A stretch of DNA of 64,000 nt from an uncultured Chloroflexia bacterium (lineage in GTDB: Bacteria > Chloroflexota > Dormibacteria > Aeolococcales > Aeolococcaceae). The position numbers were made by a program, and so were the translations under genes. The stretch covers positions 21,106 to 85,105 of the forward strand of contig CAWCBS010000014.1 of NCBI GenBank assembly GCA_963793875.1. The letters are read 5' to 3'. Each line of letters begins with the position of its first letter. Within the stretch, counting starts at the first letter, position 1. A model generated the notes under the pieces. It had not been told where the DNA came from. It did not search any database and saw nothing but the letters and a program-made list of their open reading frames with translations. Below are positions 46,111 through 55,609 of the stretch, one piece after another.

Positions 46111-47217
46111 ATGAGAACCTCTGGCCCGCGGGGGATGGCGGTGCTCGATCGGGTCGGCGCGGTGATCGCCCGGACGATGGACGCCGGGGTGCGCTGGCAG
46201 CTGGCGCGTCTCCCCATCGAGCTGCCCGTGCCCGAGAGCTGGACGCCCGCCGACCCCGAGGAGTTCTGGGCGGCGAGCCGCCTTCATGACCCCGCGCCGA
46301 TCACCGCCGGGCCGGTGCGGCACCGGCGTCGCGGCGGGGTGGAGGTGCGCACCCTCACCGGTCCCAGCCAGGGGCCCGGCGGCGACCAGGGAAGCCGCCA
46401 GCTGGTGGCGACGGCACACCTACGGCCCGGACGGCGCGACCTCCCCTTCGTCCTCGTCGTCCACGGTCTCCTGGCCCCGGGCTCGTGGTACGAGGAGCGG
46501 CGCTGCCGCGCCCTGGTCGCCGGCGGCGCCCAGGCCGCCCGGATCGACCTGCCCCTGCATCTGCGCCGCCACACGCCCGGCCGCAGGAGCGGAGAGGGGT
46601 TCATCCAGGCAGACCTGGCCTGGACGCGCGACATCGTCCGGCAGTCGGTGGAGGACTGCGCGGCGGTGCTCGCCTGGGGCCGGCGCGAGGTCAGCGATCG
46701 GGTGGAGGTCTGTGGGACCTCCCTGGGTGGATTGATCGCGGTCCTGCTCGCGGCCCACCTGGAACTCGACGCGGTGGTCGCGCTCGCCCCCTTCTGCGAC
46801 CCTGCCGCGACGATCATCGAGCACCTGCCGGATCGCACCCGCCGGGCGCTCGGGCTGGACGGGGAGCGCGGGGGGGTGTGGGGCCCCGATCGCGAAGCCG
46901 CCCGGGTGGTGGTGAGGGCGGCGCTCGCCCCCATCGTGGGCCGCACCTTCCGCCCCCCGGTGACCCCGGGGGAGCGGATCGCGATCGTCCGGCCGACCCT
47001 CGACGGGGTGGTCGGCGACGCCCCCATGGCCGAGCTGGCGGAGGCGTGGGGCGCTGAGCTGTGGAGCTACCCGCAGGGCCATGTCTCCGTGCTCAACGCC
47101 CCGGGGCTCAACGCCCGGGCCAACGACTGGTTGCTGACCCCGCACGCGGTGCTCGCCGGGACGGATGGTGGCGCGAACCTGGCGGGGACGCCCCGGACGA
47201 CCTGGGCCGCCACCTGA
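46111..47217 (+). CDS. alpha/beta hydrolase
   Basis: Nucleophile elbow GTSLGG, HG oxyanion motif (VVHGLL) and a C-terminal His (PQGHVS). The start at ATG 46111 follows AAGGGGGAGGA. Confidence 0.75.
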   Translation: MRTSGPRGMAVLDRVGAVIARTMDAGVRWQLARLPIELPVPESWTPADPEEFWAASRLHDPAPITAGPVRHRRRGGVEVRTLTGPSQGPGGDQGSRQLVATAHLRPGRRDLPFVLVVHGLLAPGSWYEERRCRALVAGGAQAARIDLPLHLRRHTPGRRSGEGFIQADLAWTRDIVRQSVEDCAAVLAWGRREVSDRVEVCGTSLGGLIAVLLAAHLELDAVVALAPFCDPAATIIEHLPDRTRRALGLDGERGGVWGPDREAARVVVRAALAPIVGRTFRPPVTPGERIAIVRPTLDGVVGDAPMAELAEAWGAELWSYPQGHVSVLNAPGLNARANDWLLTPHAVLAGTDGGANLAGTPRTTWAAT

Positions 47218-47239
47218 TCGGTGCTCGCATACTGAGCCG

Positions 47240-48619
47240 ATGGCCGTCCCCGAACCGCTGGCGCCGGCGGCTGCTCGCTTCGTCCCGGGCGCGGTCCGCC
47301 AGTTCCGCTTTCTGAGCTGGGGCCTCGACCTGGGCACGGGCGGGGTGGATCTCGGCTACGCCCTCGACGGCGAGGAGCTGCGCGAGCGCGTGGAGCTGGG
47401 GATGGGGCTCACCGGCCTCGGGCCGGCCCGGATCAGGGCGCTGCGCCGGGCCGTCGCCCTGCTCCACCTGGTCGCGGGGGTCAGCTACTACAAGGCGTGC
47501 TTCGCCCCCGAGATAACCGTCGAGACCGACCTCCCGGATCCGGACCTGGCGGCCTTCGTCCACCACCTCTACACCCAGGGCCTCGCGGAGTGCCGCTACG
47601 TCAACGATCTCCGGGGTCGCGGGATACCGCCCTTCCCGAGCGCCGCGCCCGGCTTCCCGAGCGCGGGCCGCGCCGAGCCGGCGGGCGTCGACGACCGGCC
47701 CCTGGTCCCGGTCGGGGGAGGCAAGGACTCGATCGTGACCCTGGAGGCGGTGCGCCGCGTGGGGCAGCCGCTGCTCTTCAGCGTGGGGACGGCCCCCGCC
47801 GTGCAGCGCACCGTCGCGGTGGCCGGCCTGCCCCACGTCTCGGTGACTCGGACCCTGGACCCCCGGCTGCTCGAGCTGAACCGCGAGGGCGCCATCAACG
47901 GCCACGTTCCGGTGACCGCCGTCGTCTCCTGCCTGGCGGTGATCGCCGCCTTGATCCACGACGCCGGCCCGGTGGTCATGGCCGACGAGCGCTCGGCGTC
48001 CGCCCCCAACCTGGCCTGGGACGGGGTCGAGGTCAACCACCAGTACAGCAAGAGCTGGGACTTCGAGCGCCGCTTCGCCGCCGTCATCGCCCGGCACGTC
48101 GCTCCCGACCTCGGCTACTTCTCACTGCTCCGGCCCTGGTCGGAGCTGGCCATCGCCCGCCGCTTCGTCGCCCTGCCCGCCTACCACCGCGCCTTCGTGA
48201 GCTGCAATCGCGCCTTCCTCCTCGACACCGACCGCCGCACCCCGAGCTGGTGCGGCGACTGCCCCAAGTGCCGGTTCGTGGCCCTGGCGCTGGCCCCCTT
48301 CCTCGATAGGGACAGAATTGTCTCGATCATGGGATGCGACCTGCTCGGCGACCCCGCCCAGATCGCGGGCTTCGCGGCCCTGCTCGGGCTGGAGGCGGAC
48401 AAGCCGCTGGAGTGCGTGGGTGAGGTGGAGGAGGCACGGGTAGCCATGCGCCTCCTCGGCGCCGCGAACGGCTGGAGGGAGAGCGCGGTGGTGAAGGCGC
48501 TGGCTGCCGACCCGCGGGTCACGGGCCTACCGGACGCGGCGGTCAGCGCGGTCTTCGCGCCCTCCCCGGAGCACGCGCTCCCCGAACCCTACCGGGGCTT
48601 CGCCGATGCGCTCGAGTGA
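47240..48619 (+). CDS. murL: PP-loop (GGGKDS) ATP-pyrophosphatase-like protein, candidate MurL (UDP-MurNAc-L-Ala-L-Glu epimerase)
   Basis: VPVGGGKDS PP-loop, a C-terminal CGDCPKCRF motif, and a 14-bp overlap with a MurD-type ligase gene. The family assignment is from memory of the MurD2-MurL pairing and is not verified. Confidence 0.5.
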   Translation: MAVPEPLAPAAARFVPGAVRQFRFLSWGLDLGTGGVDLGYALDGEELRERVELGMGLTGLGPARIRALRRAVALLHLVAGVSYYKACFAPEITVETDLPDPDLAAFVHHLYTQGLAECRYVNDLRGRGIPPFPSAAPGFPSAGRAEPAGVDDRPLVPVGGGKDSIVTLEAVRRVGQPLLFSVGTAPAVQRTVAVAGLPHVSVTRTLDPRLLELNREGAINGHVPVTAVVSCLAVIAALIHDAGPVVMADERSASAPNLAWDGVEVNHQYSKSWDFERRFAAVIARHVAPDLGYFSLLRPWSELAIARRFVALPAYHRAFVSCNRAFLLDTDRRTPSWCGDCPKCRFVALALAPFLDRDRIVSIMGCDLLGDPAQIAGFAALLGLEADKPLECVGEVEEARVAMRLLGAANGWRESAVVKALAADPRVTGLPDAAVSAVFAPSPEHALPEPYRGFADALE

Positions 48620-50036
48620 GCTGGGCGGCCTGAGCGTCGGGCTCTGGGGCTTCGGACGCGAGGGCCGGGCCTCGGTGGCGGTGCTCACCGGGCAGCCGGC
48701 CCCGCCGCGCGAGGTGGTCATCGTCACCGACGCCCCGCCCCAGGAGGCGGAGCGGGCCTCCGCCGCGAACATCCCCTGGTTGCACGGCGCCGAGGGCATC
48801 GACCGGCTGTGCGCCCTCGACGTGGTGGTCCGCTCGCCGGGGATCAGCCGCTATCGGGAGGACGCCCAGCGGGTCGCCGCGGCCACCCGGGTCACCACCG
48901 CCACCAACCTCTGGTTCGCCGAGCACGCCGGTGAGCCGATCATCGCCGTGACCGGCTCCAAGGGGAAGAGCACCACCAGCTCCCTGATCGACCATCTCGC
49001 TCGCGCCGCGGGGCTCCGCACCGTGCTCGCCGGCAACATCGGCGTCCCCCTGCTCGAGTACCTGCATCCCGACCCGCCGCCCGAGCTCTGGGTGCTGGAG
49101 CTCTCCAGCCACCAGACCAGCGACCTCGAGTGGTCGCCGCGCATCGGGGTCCTCCTCAACCTCTATCGCGAGCACCTGGACTGGCACCGGAGTGAGGAGA
49201 GGTACATCGAGGACAAGCTCAATCTCTTCGCCCATCGCCGGGATGGGGTGGCGGTCCTCAACCGTGAGGACCTGGGGACCCAGGCGCGGGCGGACCGGCT
49301 GCCGGGCCGGCACGTCTGGTTCGGCGACGCCGCCGGCTACCACACCGACGGCCGCTCGATCATCTGGCGCGCCGAGCGCCTGATCGGCGCTGACCGGCTC
49401 CAGCTCCGGGGCCGGCACAACCTGCTCAACGCCTGCGCGGCCCTCACCGCCCTCGAGGAGGCCGGGGTCGAGGTCCGCTCGCGGGTCTCCTCTCTGAGTG
49501 GCTTCCACCCTCTCCGCCATCGCCTCGAGCCGGTGGCCGAGGCAGGCGGGGTGAGCTTCGTCAACGACAGCATCGCGACCATCCCGGAGGCCGCGGTCGC
49601 GGCCCTGGACGCCCTGGAAGGGCGGCCGGTGGTGCTCATCGCCGGCGGATTCGACCGTAGCCAGGACCACGGCCCGCTGGTGCGCCGTTGCCGCCCGGAA
49701 CGGGGGGTCCTCGCCGTGGTCACCCTGCCTCCCAGCGGGGTGCGGCTGGCCGCCGACCTCGCCCAGGCCGCCGGGAGCGCCCCGGTGGTGGCGGCCGCCG
49801 ACCTGGAGGAGGCCGTCCGCCTGGCCCGCGAGTGGAGCCGCCCGGGCTCGGTGGTGCTGCTCTCCCCGGCCGCGGCCAGCTACGGCGCATTCCGCGACTT
49901 CGAGGCCCGGGGGGATGCCTTCCGCGCCGCCGTGGCGGGGTTGGGGATGGCGCCCACTGATATCCTCATGCCCCAGATGGACGCGAGCGGAGCCCTCCGT
50001 CAGCCGGCGAGCCCGAACCCCGAGGCCGGGACGTGA
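48606..50036 (+). CDS. murD: Mur ligase of the MurD type (candidate MurD2, UDP-MurNAc-L-Ala--L-Glu ligase)
   Basis: N-terminal Rossmann-like segment GLWGFGREG, P-loop VTGSKGKSTT, LELSSHQ, NLYREHLDWH, and the C-domain FVNDSIATIPEA..LIAGGFDR..ASYGAFRDFEARGDAF. Confidence 0.85.
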   Translation: MRSSELGGLSVGLWGFGREGRASVAVLTGQPAPPREVVIVTDAPPQEAERASAANIPWLHGAEGIDRLCALDVVVRSPGISRYREDAQRVAAATRVTTATNLWFAEHAGEPIIAVTGSKGKSTTSSLIDHLARAAGLRTVLAGNIGVPLLEYLHPDPPPELWVLELSSHQTSDLEWSPRIGVLLNLYREHLDWHRSEERYIEDKLNLFAHRRDGVAVLNREDLGTQARADRLPGRHVWFGDAAGYHTDGRSIIWRAERLIGADRLQLRGRHNLLNACAALTALEEAGVEVRSRVSSLSGFHPLRHRLEPVAEAGGVSFVNDSIATIPEAAVAALDALEGRPVVLIAGGFDRSQDHGPLVRRCRPERGVLAVVTLPPSGVRLAADLAQAAGSAPVVAAADLEEAVRLAREWSRPGSVVLLSPAAASYGAFRDFEARGDAFRAAVAGLGMAPTDILMPQMDASGALRQPASPNPEAGT

Positions 50037-51031
50037 AGGCCGACGCCGCGAGCCCGGCGCCCAGCCAGACGCAGCTGCTCTTCGAGCCGATCCTCGACGA
50101 GCTCGCCGAGTTCGAGGATCGCCTGGAGACGGCGGTCGCGGCCGACCTCGGACCGATGGCGGAGGCGATGCGCCACATCGTGCGCGCCGGCGGGAAGCGC
50201 ATCCGCCCCGCGCTGGTCATCCTCAGCTCGCGTCTCGGTCAACCGGTCATGGACCACGTCTACGACCTGGCCATGGGGATCGAGTTCATCCACACCGCCA
50301 CCCTGGTGCACGACGACCTCATCGACAGGTCGCCGACCCGGCGGGGGATGACCACCCTCCACGAGACCATGGGGCCGGCCCCCGCGATCATCATCGGTGA
50401 CTACTACTTCGCCAAGGGCGCGAACCTCACCGCCGGCATCGGGGAGCCGGCGATCGATGTCGCCATCAGCAACACGGTGATGACCATCTGCATGGGCGAG
50501 CTGCTGCAGATGACCAGCAAGGACGACTACTACCAGTCGCTCGCCGACTACCACCGCAAGATCGAGCGCAAGACGGCCACGCTGGTCGCCACCTGCTGCT
50601 TCTGCGGGGCGGTGGTGGGCGGTCTGGAGCCGGCCCAGCGGGCGGCCCTGCAGCGCTACGGCCACAAGCTGGGGATGGCCTTCCAGATCGCCGACGACCT
50701 GCTTGACTACGTCGCCACCGAGGCGGAGCTCGGCAAGCCGGTCGGGGCCGACCTCCGCCAGGGAACGGTGACCCTGCCCTTCATGCTGGCCCTTCAGGAC
50801 CCGGTGGTGGGCCCCGAGCTCGCCCGGGTGCTGGAGCGCCAGCCCCGGGGCGACCCGGACTACGAGTTGGTGGTCGAGCTGGTCCGGCGCAGCGGGGCGG
50901 TTGCGGCCACCGAGAGCGCCGCCCAGGAGTTCGCCCGCGACGCTCGCGCCGAGCTGGCCGGCTTCGCCCCCTCGCCCGCTCTGCACACCCTGGAGGCCGC
51001 CTGCGACTACGTCGTCGGGCGCCGGATCTGA
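50033..51031 (+). CDS. trans-polyprenyl diphosphate synthase
   Basis: FARM motif LVHDDLIDRSPTRRG and SARM motif FQIADDLLD. The GTG start overlaps the preceding stop (GTGA). Confidence 0.9.
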   Translation: MKADAASPAPSQTQLLFEPILDELAEFEDRLETAVAADLGPMAEAMRHIVRAGGKRIRPALVILSSRLGQPVMDHVYDLAMGIEFIHTATLVHDDLIDRSPTRRGMTTLHETMGPAPAIIIGDYYFAKGANLTAGIGEPAIDVAISNTVMTICMGELLQMTSKDDYYQSLADYHRKIERKTATLVATCCFCGAVVGGLEPAQRAALQRYGHKLGMAFQIADDLLDYVATEAELGKPVGADLRQGTVTLPFMLALQDPVVGPELARVLERQPRGDPDYELVVELVRRSGAVAATESAAQEFARDARAELAGFAPSPALHTLEAACDYVVGRRI

Positions 51032-51064
51032 CCGGGGTGGCGCGGGCCCGGCTCCGGTCCCGGG

Positions 51065-51712
51065 TCAGCCCTCTCGGGTGCCCGGCGCTCGCTGGGGGTG
51101 GGGTCCGCGCAGCGCGCCGATGCGCTCGAGCTGGGCGCGGAAGCTGAGCACCCAGACGGTGAGGGCGACGGTGGCGGCGACGAGGCCTCCGGTCTCGACC
51201 CCCATCCAGGCCAGCCCGTCGCCGGCGCCGGCCACGGAGACGAGCGCGCTCACCCCGCTGACGGCGAGGCGGGCGAGGTCGGCGAGGGTCAGCACGAGGA
51301 GGGCCACCAGGGCCCAGCGGGCGCCCGCGTACTCGCGGCGCAGGCCGGCCCGCAGCTCCCCGGCGGTCAGCTCGCGGGGGTTGCTCCGGCCCGCGGGCGG
51401 CTCCAGGCCTCCGCGGCGCAGCCGGGCCGCACTGAGGCCGAGGATGGCGGCGATCGCCCAGCCCGGCCAGGCGGTGAGCGGAGACGACCCGTCCGCGAAG
51501 AGCGTGCCCATCGGGCTGAGCGCGCTCCCGGCGTTGCGAAGGTCGAGCTCGTGCTCGTGGATGGTCAGGGCGGCGAACCCCCATCCGGCCGCGATCGCCA
51601 CCGCCAGCAGGCCGGCCGCCACGCGGCCGATCCGGGGCAGGCGATCGAGCAGGAGCAGCTCGGCCGGGAGGGCCAGGCGGGCGGATGCCCCGGCTCTCTC
51701 GCGGTCCCGCAT
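51065..51712 (-). CDS. hypothetical membrane protein (~4 TM)
   Basis: 215-aa ORF with hydrophobic segments (VAAGLLAVAIAAGWGFAAL, WALVALLVLTLADL, LVAATVALTVWVL). Confidence 0.6.
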   Translation of the reverse strand: MRDRERAGASARLALPAELLLLDRLPRIGRVAAGLLAVAIAAGWGFAALTIHEHELDLRNAGSALSPMGTLFADGSSPLTAWPGWAIAAILGLSAARLRRGGLEPPAGRSNPRELTAGELRAGLRREYAGARWALVALLVLTLADLARLAVSGVSALVSVAGAGDGLAWMGVETGGLVAATVALTVWVLSFRAQLERIGALRGPHPQRAPGTREG

Positions 51713-51759
51713 CGGCTCGAATTCTATTCGCGCCAGGGTCGTGGTCGAGGCTGAGAGCG

Positions 51760-52758
51760 GTGGCCCCGCGCACTGAGCCCGAGGACGGGTCGACGATCCG
51801 GATCCTCACCTACAACCTCCTGCTCGGCGGGGAGCGGCGCGAGGAGCGGATCGCGGGGGTCCTGGCCCGGGCCGGCGCCGACCTCATCGCCCTCCAGGAG
51901 GTGCGCGACGACGGCTTGGTGGAGCGCCTGGCCGCCCGGCTGGGGATGACCTTGGTGCCCGGGCCGCCCAGCGACCGCGGCCCGCTGGGGCTCGCGGTGC
52001 TCACCCGGCTGCCGATCGCGGCCCACCGCAACCGCCGTCACCCTGGGATGCTGCGGAGCCACCTCGAGGTCACCGTGCGGCCGCGCCGGGGTGAGCGCCT
52101 GCGCTTCCATGTCGTCCACCTCGCCGCCCGCTTCGGGGAGCGGGCCAAGGGCGAGGCCCGGCGGCTGCGGGAGCTGGAGGCGGTGCTCCAGGACATCGCC
52201 GGGGAGCCGCGCCTGCCCCATCTCATCCTGGGCGACTTCAACTCGCTGAGCCCCGGCGACCACCTGGAGGCGACCCGCTTCTTCCGGCGGATGAATGAGC
52301 TGCGCCGGGCCCGGCTGCTGGTGCGCCGGGCCGATGGCTGGATGGGCCCGCTGGCCGGTGCCGAGGATGCGCTCGACGCGCGCTGGCTGGAGCACGGGAT
52401 CGATCCACGGCTCCAGGGCGGGGTGCCGTCGCTTCCCTGGGTGGTCGGGCCGCTGACCGGCCTGCTCCCGGAGCGTCCGGCGGTGGACCGGGTGCTCGGC
52501 CGGGCGATCGAGCGATGGACGGTGCCGCGCCTGCTCGAGGCGGGGTACACCGACTGCTACCGCCACCTCCATCCCCGAGCCCACGGCTACACCTGCGCCA
52601 CCTGGCTGCCGGCGGCGCGCATCGACTACATCTTCGCGAGCTCTGAGCTGGTCCCCCGGCTGGCCGGCTGCGACGTCATCACCGGGCGTGGCCGCGCCGC
52701 CCGCGAGGTGGCAATCGCCTCGGACCACTTCCCGGTCAGCGCCGAGCTCCGGCTCTGA
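51760..52758 (+). CDS. endonuclease/exonuclease/phosphatase (EEP) family protein
   Basis: IRILTYNLL, LIALQEV, ILGDFNS, RIDYIF and SDHFPV are present. The start is set at GTG 51760 to avoid overlapping the divergent gene; ATG 51685 is the alternative. Confidence 0.75.
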   Translation: MAPRTEPEDGSTIRILTYNLLLGGERREERIAGVLARAGADLIALQEVRDDGLVERLAARLGMTLVPGPPSDRGPLGLAVLTRLPIAAHRNRRHPGMLRSHLEVTVRPRRGERLRFHVVHLAARFGERAKGEARRLRELEAVLQDIAGEPRLPHLILGDFNSLSPGDHLEATRFFRRMNELRRARLLVRRADGWMGPLAGAEDALDARWLEHGIDPRLQGGVPSLPWVVGPLTGLLPERPAVDRVLGRAIERWTVPRLLEAGYTDCYRHLHPRAHGYTCATWLPAARIDYIFASSELVPRLAGCDVITGRGRAAREVAIASDHFPVSAELRL

Positions 52759-52762
52759 CCGG

Positions 52763-53281
52763 CTACTGGGCCGGAGGCTCGCCCGCCGGGTCGGCAGGTT
52801 CCCCCGCCGGGCGGCCGGTCACCACCAGGTAGTAGAGGATGGCGGCGACGATCAGCCAGAACACGAAGATGACGATGGAGCCGGCGCCGAGCCGGTAGTA
52901 GAGCGAGTTGGCGCCCACGAAGACGATGTTGCCCACCAGCGAGACCACGTCGCCCAGGGCCGCGGCGACCACCCCATAGACCGCCAGCGCCCTGCCGCCG
53001 CCGGTCAGGGTCAGCATCATCACCACCCCGACCGTCATGACCGCCCATCCCGCGGTCAGGAGCACGGTGCCGGCCACGTTGACGGTGGGGAAGCTGCAGA
53101 GGACCAGCCCGTTGCAGAGGCTGGAGACCCCCAGCACGTAGAGCAGCGAGACGACCGTGGCGATGATCCCGAGGATCGTGAGCACCAGCCCCAGCAGCCG
53201 GGCGTCGAGGTTGAGCCGGATCGGGGGCCTCGCCGCGAAGGGGGGCCTCACCAGGCCGTTGTCACTCAGACGATGGGTCAT
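52763..53281 (-). CDS. hypothetical membrane protein (4 TM)
   Basis: Starts MTHRLSDNG, followed by four hydrophobic helices. Its ATG overlaps the stop of the upstream exonuclease gene (ATGA). Confidence 0.65.
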   Translation of the reverse strand: MTHRLSDNGLVRPPFAARPPIRLNLDARLLGLVLTILGIIATVVSLLYVLGVSSLCNGLVLCSFPTVNVAGTVLLTAGWAVMTVGVVMMLTLTGGGRALAVYGVVAAALGDVVSLVGNIVFVGANSLYYRLGAGSIVIFVFWLIVAAILYYLVVTGRPAGEPADPAGEPPAQ

Positions 53282-54291
53282 GGGGTCTCCTGGTCGGGGC
53301 GGCGTCCGGAGCTGGCTCGCGGGTTCGAGCCGAGCGGCGGGCCGGCTCGGGAAGGCGTCACTGGCTTTCGGCCTCTCCCGCGGGCGGGGTCCGGCGGCGC
53401 CGTCTGCCGCCGCGGCGCCGGCGGGCCGCGTCGTCTCGACGGCCTGCCGGTCTCGCCGTCGACCCAGCGCGGTGGCGGTGGCTGGCCGTCGGCGAGCAGG
53501 TCGCCGAGGGTGCGCCAGCCGAAGGGCTCGCGGCCGCGCCGCACCAGCTCGAGGAAGCAGCCCATGGTCGCCTCGGCGTCGGCCAGCGCGTGATGGGGAC
53601 GGCGGTGGGGCACGCCCAGCTCGACGCAGAGCCGCTCCAAGCCGATGGTGTCGCGAAGGTCGTAGAGCTTGGCGGCGAGCCGCGAGGTGTCGAGGTTGTC
53701 GGCCTCCAGGCTCTCGCCGAGGGTCGCCGCGATCAGCCGGCTGTCGAAGGCGTCGGCACTGTGCTCGACCAGCACGGCCCCCCGGCAGAAGCGGCGAAAA
53801 CGCTCCAGCACCGGCCGCACCGGCGGGGCGCCCCCCAGGGTCTCGCTGGAGATGCCGTGAATGCGCCGGGCGAACGGGTTGATCCGGTCGTTGCTGTGGA
53901 CCAGCGTCTCCAGGGAGATCAGATGCCGCTCCATGGTGAAGGCGACCGCCCCCAGCTCGACCAGGCGGTGCGGTGACTGGCCGGTGGTCTCGCAATCCAC
54001 CGCCACGAAACGGAGCAGCTCGATGGGCGTCTCGGGGGCGGGGCGGGGACGGTCCGGCTCCTCGTCGGGATCGTCGATCGCCGCGAAGCGCTCGTCGCCG
54101 GCGGGGCCGAGGCGGGCCACGAAGCTGTCCCCGATCGGCACCGACCCTCGGCGCCGGCCATAGTGGCGCCGGCCGTGGGGAGGCGGCTCGCCGCCGCCCG
54201 CGGAGGGTGGCTCGGATCCCCCCGTCGAAGAATCAGGCGACAGCGGCGCCGGCATGGGTGTGGAGAGGGACATGTGCGAGTCTCCGGCCAT
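53278..54291 (-). CDS. DnaQ-like 3'-5' exonuclease (DEDDh) with disordered N- and C-terminal extensions
   Basis: Exo I VAVDCETTG, Exo II EHSADAFDSRL and Exo III HHALADAEA. The start is uncertain (ATG 54291 or 54273). Confidence 0.8.
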   Translation of the reverse strand: MAGDSHMSLSTPMPAPLSPDSSTGGSEPPSAGGGEPPPHGRRHYGRRRGSVPIGDSFVARLGPAGDERFAAIDDPDEEPDRPRPAPETPIELLRFVAVDCETTGQSPHRLVELGAVAFTMERHLISLETLVHSNDRINPFARRIHGISSETLGGAPPVRPVLERFRRFCRGAVLVEHSADAFDSRLIAATLGESLEADNLDTSRLAAKLYDLRDTIGLERLCVELGVPHRRPHHALADAEATMGCFLELVRRGREPFGWRTLGDLLADGQPPPPRWVDGETGRPSRRRGPPAPRRQTAPPDPARGRGRKPVTPSRAGPPLGSNPRASSGRRPDQETP

Positions 54292-54334
54292 CCTAACCGC
54301 TTCGGGTACCGGAGCGAACCTATACTCGGAAGAG

Positions 54335-55609
54335 ATGCGCCTCATCGCCGCCGGGATCACCTTCCGCACGGCCCCCGTCGAGGTCCGGGAGCGCGCCGCA
54401 CTCTCCGACCCAGCGGCACGTCACCTGCTCCGATTCCTGGTCGGGCACGGGGGCCTGAGCGGCGCCGCCGCGATCTCGACCTGCAACCGCACCGAGCTCT
54501 ACGTCAGCGTCCACGACGACCCGGACCCGGAGGCGATCATCCCCCGGCTGCGCCGCTACCTCGACCCCGAGGGGGAGGCTCCGGTGCGCGAGCACGTGAG
54601 GATCTTCCGGGGCGAGGAGGCGGTGGAGCACCTCTTCCAGGTGGCCACCGGGCTGGACTCGATGGTAGTCGGCGAGACCCAGGTCCTCGGCCAGGTCAAG
54701 GCGGCGCATCGCCTGGCCCTGGAGACGGGGACGCTGGACGCGCAGCTCGACTTCGTCTTCCGCCGGGCCATCGGAGCCGCCAAGCTCGCCCGCACCCAGA
54801 CGGGGATCGGCCGCGCCGCCGGCAGCATCAGCGAGGGGGCCATCGCGGTGGCGGAGAGGGTGCTGGGGAAGCTCGAGGGCCGCACCGCGCTGCTCATCGG
54901 CGCCGGCAAGATGAGCGCCCTGGCGGCGCGCCGGCTCCAGCGGCTGGGTGCGCATCTCCGGGTGAGCTCACGCGGTGGCGAGTCCGCCGCCGCCCTCGCC
55001 ACCCAGCTGGGTGCCTCGGTGATCGGCACCGACGATCTGGCCGCCGCGATGTTGGACTGCGACCTGGTGGTGACCGCCACCACCAGCTTCGAGCCGGTGC
55101 TGGACCGTGCTCTCTGCAGCGCGGTCCAGGTGCGGCGCGCCGGGCGGCCGCTCTGCCTCATCGATCTGGCGGTGCCGCGGGACATCGCCCCCGACGTCGC
55201 CGGCCTCCCGGGGGTGACCCTGATCGACATCGACGAGCTGGGCCGCCGCCTCCAGGACGGCGCCCACGACCACGCAAGGGCGATCGCCGCGGCCTCTCAG
55301 GTGGTGGCCGAGGAGGTGCATCGCACCCTCGACGTCCTTGACCGGCGGGATGCGTCGGTGCCGACCATCCGGGCTCTGCTGGAGCGTGCTGAGAGCATTC
55401 GGGCCCGGGAGGTCGAGCGGACCCTGGCCCGCCTGCCCGCCGCGGATGCCGAGCTAACCGAGCGCATCGAAGTTCTCAGCCGGAGCCTGGTGCGCAAGCT
55501 GCTCCACGCGCCGATCACCCACCTCCGGGCGGCCACCGACGACCCGGGAGTGGTCCTCCGCCTCCGGGAGGCCTTCAGCCTGGACGATCCCGGCACCGGC
55601 GCGCGGTGA
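54335..55609 (+). CDS. hemA: glutamyl-tRNA reductase
   Basis: MRLIAAGITFRTAPVEVRE, STCNRTELY, GLDSMVVGETQVLGQVK and IGAGKMS. A TATACT hexamer sits at 54321. Confidence 0.9.
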   Translation: MRLIAAGITFRTAPVEVRERAALSDPAARHLLRFLVGHGGLSGAAAISTCNRTELYVSVHDDPDPEAIIPRLRRYLDPEGEAPVREHVRIFRGEEAVEHLFQVATGLDSMVVGETQVLGQVKAAHRLALETGTLDAQLDFVFRRAIGAAKLARTQTGIGRAAGSISEGAIAVAERVLGKLEGRTALLIGAGKMSALAARRLQRLGAHLRVSSRGGESAAALATQLGASVIGTDDLAAAMLDCDLVVTATTSFEPVLDRALCSAVQVRRAGRPLCLIDLAVPRDIAPDVAGLPGVTLIDIDELGRRLQDGAHDHARAIAAASQVVAEEVHRTLDVLDRRDASVPTIRALLERAESIRAREVERTLARLPAADAELTERIEVLSRSLVRKLLHAPITHLRAATDDPGVVLRLREAFSLDDPGTGAR

